DNA of 24,000 bases from Peptococcaceae bacterium. GTDB taxonomy: Bacteria > Bacillota > Desulfotomaculia > Desulfotomaculales > Desulfocucumaceae. Location: NCBI GenBank assembly GCA_023512435.1, contig JAILZP010000011.1, positions 31,630-55,629 of the forward strand, in the 5' to 3' direction. The translations under genes and the position numbers were made by a program. This document shows positions 21,935-24,000 of this stretch, piece by piece. Each line of letters starts with the position of its first letter. Position 1 is the stretch's first letter. The notes under the pieces are model-generated. The model was not told the DNA's origin and searched no databases. It worked only from the letters and a program-made list of their open reading frames with translations.

Positions 21935-22262
21935 AAATGGTCACCTCGTTTAGTCGAGTTATCGTCGGTTCTCCTGCCCTGATGCGGATAGTGCCTGGCG
22001 TTGTTGCTGTTATTTGGAGAGTTGCGGTGCGGTTTTTAGGGTCTACTGGCATTGTGGCAATTGGTTCACCTGTGTCGGTGTGGTGGAAAGTGATTTCTGT
22101 TAATGTCGGTTCAACATTAGCAGTTACTATTGCAACATCAACACCATCCGAGGCAATTAAATATTTATCAGTTGAAACTATGGCTTGCAGGGTTTCGTAG
22201 ACCCAGCTTCCCTCCGGCTCCACACAAATAATATCAAGTCCCTCCAACCACAACTCGGCCAT
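21915..22262 (-). CDS. phage structural-module hypothetical protein
   Basis: I place the start at MAELWLEGL (ATG 22262, 5 nt after the upstream stop). The sequence is beta-rich (ATLQITATTPGTIRIRAG). No motif recognised. Confidence 0.45.
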   Translation of the reverse strand: MAELWLEGLDIICVEPEGSWVYETLQAIVSTDKYLIASDGVDVAIVTANVEPTLTEITFHHTDTGEPIATMPVDPKNRTATLQITATTPGTIRIRAGEPTITRLNEVTIYAVEAG

Positions 22263-22267
22263 TCCCG

Positions 22268-23170
22268 TTATACCCCTTTCTTGCAAAGAATAATTGCTCC
22301 ATTTCCCCCCGCACCGCCACTTGCACGACCATAATAAGGTGATGCATAACCTCCTGCTCCTCCCGTAGAGGATATAGTTCCATTGTTCGCCAATGAACGG
22401 TAAACAATTATAATTCCGCCGCCTCCGCCCCCGCCTCCACCGGAAGCATCACCTTGCTGTACATTTTGCCCAGCTATTCCATCTGAACGAATAGCCCCGC
22501 CGGAGTTTATTGTTAAGTTAATGCATTCAATAACCAGTGCTCCGCCACCAGCACCACCAGCACCAGAAATACCTATTCCATTTCTCGCACATGCAGCGCC
22601 AGAACCTCCACCAGCACCGATAATATTTACTAAATCTGTTCTGACAAGTTGCCATAGCGTCGCTGTGTTGTTACTCGCTCCCACACCACCATTTCCTGCA
22701 TACGTGGTAACATAAACACCCGGAGTCCCACGGGAGCCCCCAGATACATCGGTGTCTCCACCCTTACCACCATAAGCGCCATCGCCAGAGCCACCACCAC
22801 CTCCACCAGCACCACCAGCACAAAAACTCCCATTACTTCCTGCATTTCCACTCACGCCGCCAGTACTTGCTGTAACCGCTGCGCCCCCAGGGGCACCTTT
22901 CCCGGACATCGACAACAACCCGCTTATGGTAATGTTTCTGGCAAGAATAATCAGCCCACTTTTCAAGGATGTAACGGTGACCCCCGCCGGGATAGTTAGG
23001 TTATCAAAGCGATACAAATATTTATCTAAGGTTTGGTTGGTACTGGGAGAAAAGTCACCGTCAGCCCCATCGCCAGCAAAAGGGAGCCAGGGAGCCATAA
23101 TAGATGACTGCCCCACTAACTCGTCTCTCAGCAAGATTAGTTGCCCTAAAATAGTACCGTGAACAAACAT
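22268..23170 (-). CDS. glycine-rich phage tail fibre / receptor-binding-type protein
   Basis: 300 aa with long runs such as AGGAGGGGGGSGDGAYGGKGG, GAGGGSG and ASGGGGGGGGGIIIV. These are interspersed with short beta-like segments, as in beta-helical tail fibres. Its start overlaps the upstream stop (TAATG). Confidence 0.55.
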   Translation of the reverse strand: MFVHGTILGQLILLRDELVGQSSIMAPWLPFAGDGADGDFSPSTNQTLDKYLYRFDNLTIPAGVTVTSLKSGLIILARNITISGLLSMSGKGAPGGAAVTASTGGVSGNAGSNGSFCAGGAGGGGGGSGDGAYGGKGGDTDVSGGSRGTPGVYVTTYAGNGGVGASNNTATLWQLVRTDLVNIIGAGGGSGAACARNGIGISGAGGAGGGALVIECINLTINSGGAIRSDGIAGQNVQQGDASGGGGGGGGGIIIVYRSLANNGTISSTGGAGGYASPYYGRASGGAGGNGAIILCKKGV

Positions 23171-23928
23171 TATGAAGCGACCCCCTTCAGCACAACATTG
23201 CCGCTTCTGGTAAGCGACAATTTTTGCCGAATACCAGATGAACCATCAGCGGCTGGGATATACAAATATATTGCAGATAAATACCTTAGCCAAGTATTAG
23301 TGTCAATTGTATACTCGTAGGTGAGACAAGCATTTCCACCGGCAATTTCATGGTATGGAATTGACGTTACGCCAACACCGCTGAACACCTTGAAATGTAT
23401 CGCGTTCTCCGCCGTCCAAGCACCGGAGCCGCCCCTGGCCCGGTAGTAGCAGGGGTAGTTCGCGTCTTGAGAAGTTTCGCCGTGAAGGTGAAAATGATTG
23501 TTTGCATCTCCATTTCCCCGTACAATCAGCCAGTATTGGCTTCCTGACGTAAGCCCCTCCAGTGCAATCGGTATGCTCCAGTAGCTGCGTCCGGTCGGGA
23601 TGAATTCTTTGGGCAAAGTCATGCTTTTTAGCAATGTTCCGTCTGTGCCGGATGGATTAAACCCGCTTCTCAATTCCACCACCAAGTCCGCCCCGGCTCC
23701 GTGCTTGACCAGCTCAAACTCCACCCGTGCCACCTCGGTTGTGCCGGTGGCGGTGAAGCGGATGGCGTGGTCATAGGACGCACAATCAAATTCCGCCGTA
23801 CCGCTTCCGGTTTTGGCGTCGCGCTGGGTGCCTTCGTAAATCAGATAAAAGTCCTGGAGCGAAAGAAGCGAATTCATTGTTGTTTCGTCCAGGACGGTTT
23901 GCCCGTTTTTGAATGCGTATAAAGGCAA
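23170..23928 (-). CDS. phage tail/baseplate-region hypothetical protein
   Basis: 252-aa beta-rich ORF with a TTG start and AAGGAG 10 nt upstream. The call rests on position only. Confidence 0.45.
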   Translation of the reverse strand: MPLYAFKNGQTVLDETTMNSLLSLQDFYLIYEGTQRDAKTGSGTAEFDCASYDHAIRFTATGTTEVARVEFELVKHGAGADLVVELRSGFNPSGTDGTLLKSMTLPKEFIPTGRSYWSIPIALEGLTSGSQYWLIVRGNGDANNHFHLHGETSQDANYPCYYRARGGSGAWTAENAIHFKVFSGVGVTSIPYHEIAGGNACLTYEYTIDTNTWLRYLSAIYLYIPAADGSSGIRQKLSLTRSGNVVLKGVAS

Positions 23929-23942
23929 TTTAGGTCATCTCC

Positions 23943-24000
23943 TTACCCTGCCGAGAAAGTTATCCTCACTTCTATCGTCAGAACCTGATTCGCAGCTTTA
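23943..24000 (-). CDS. 3' end of an upstream phage gene entering from the right edge (...KAANQVLTIEVRITFSAG)
   Basis: Open frame to the window edge, ending at TAA 23945-23943, which overlaps the RBS of the next gene. The frame choice is tentative. Confidence 0.3.
   Translation of the reverse strand, partial: KAANQVLTIEVRITFSAG

Larger units (their letters stand above)
19249..24000. mobile_element. prophage-like element, left part (integrase, lysis cassette, tail-fibre-type genes); continues past the right edge
   Basis: A tyrosine integrase lies next to a tRNA-derived junction. It is followed by an amidase/holin cluster and Gly-rich tail-type proteins, all tightly packed on the minus strand. 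Confidence 0.7.

Noticed and set aside
1-24000. CRISPR arrays, rRNA genes, riboswitch-like leaders
   Set aside because: I saw no regularly spaced repeat-spacer arrays and no rRNA-like sequence. The 110-nt leader of the acyl-CoA synthetase gene and other spacers showed no structure I could confidently assign to a known riboswitch class by eye.

Overview
This 24-kb window has GGAGG-type ribosome-binding sites and mostly GC-rich coding DNA. That fits an anaerobic Firmicutes-like genome, but the taxonomic guess is inference only. It falls into five blocks.

- **Block 1 (1-6.3 kb, minus strand):** a sigma-54-controlled fatty-acid activation and uptake cluster. It holds a CBS-PAS-AAA+ enhancer-binding protein, a -24/-12 promoter (TGGCAT-N5-TTGCA, 4079-4094), an acyl-CoA synthetase, an SDR reductase, a 28-codon relic of a 3-hydroxyacyl-CoA dehydrogenase, and an AtoE-type transporter.
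- **Block 2 (about 6.56-7.15 kb):** an AT-rich insert carrying one orphan ORF.
- **Block 3 (7.15-14.9 kb, all minus strand):** a mosaic ars-type metalloid island. It reads acr3-arsR, then a small Cys-rich ORF with an in-frame TGA. Next come an MTH895/ArsE-type thioredoxin-like protein with a GCC N-terminal extension, a 62-codon CcdA remnant, a second ArsR, a BASS/ACR3-like carrier and a DUF318/ArsP-like permease. The island ends in a four-gene operon: class-V cysteine desulfurase, ACS-gamma-type Fe-S protein, ArsE-type thioredoxin and DGC protein. No arsC, arsA or arsM is visible.
- **Block 4 (15.0-19.0 kb):** a PadR regulator with a split permease (plus strand), followed by a stretch of decayed genes. 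The decayed pieces are an ECF sigma relic, an IS3-family remnant, a permease 3' fragment, a truncated GCC/thioredoxin-like gene and a group II intron RT remnant. Intact genes sit among them: a third ArsR-family gene, a Met-rich wHTH protein and a Cys-rich 68-aa ORF.
- **Block 5 (19.0-24.0 kb):** a tRNA-Arg(CCG) whose first two acceptor base pairs are broken. It is flanked by helically phased GTCCGAC repeats and followed by a tyrosine integrase, a four-gene lysis cassette and tail-fibre-type genes of a prophage-like element.

The best candidates for something new are:
- the TGA-containing ars-operon ORF with a SECIS-like hairpin (possible selenoprotein);
- the cysteine desulfurase / Fe-S / thioredoxin / DGC operon embedded in the ars island;
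- the attP-like architecture around the tRNA.

All homology statements come from motif recognition by eye. No database search was run.
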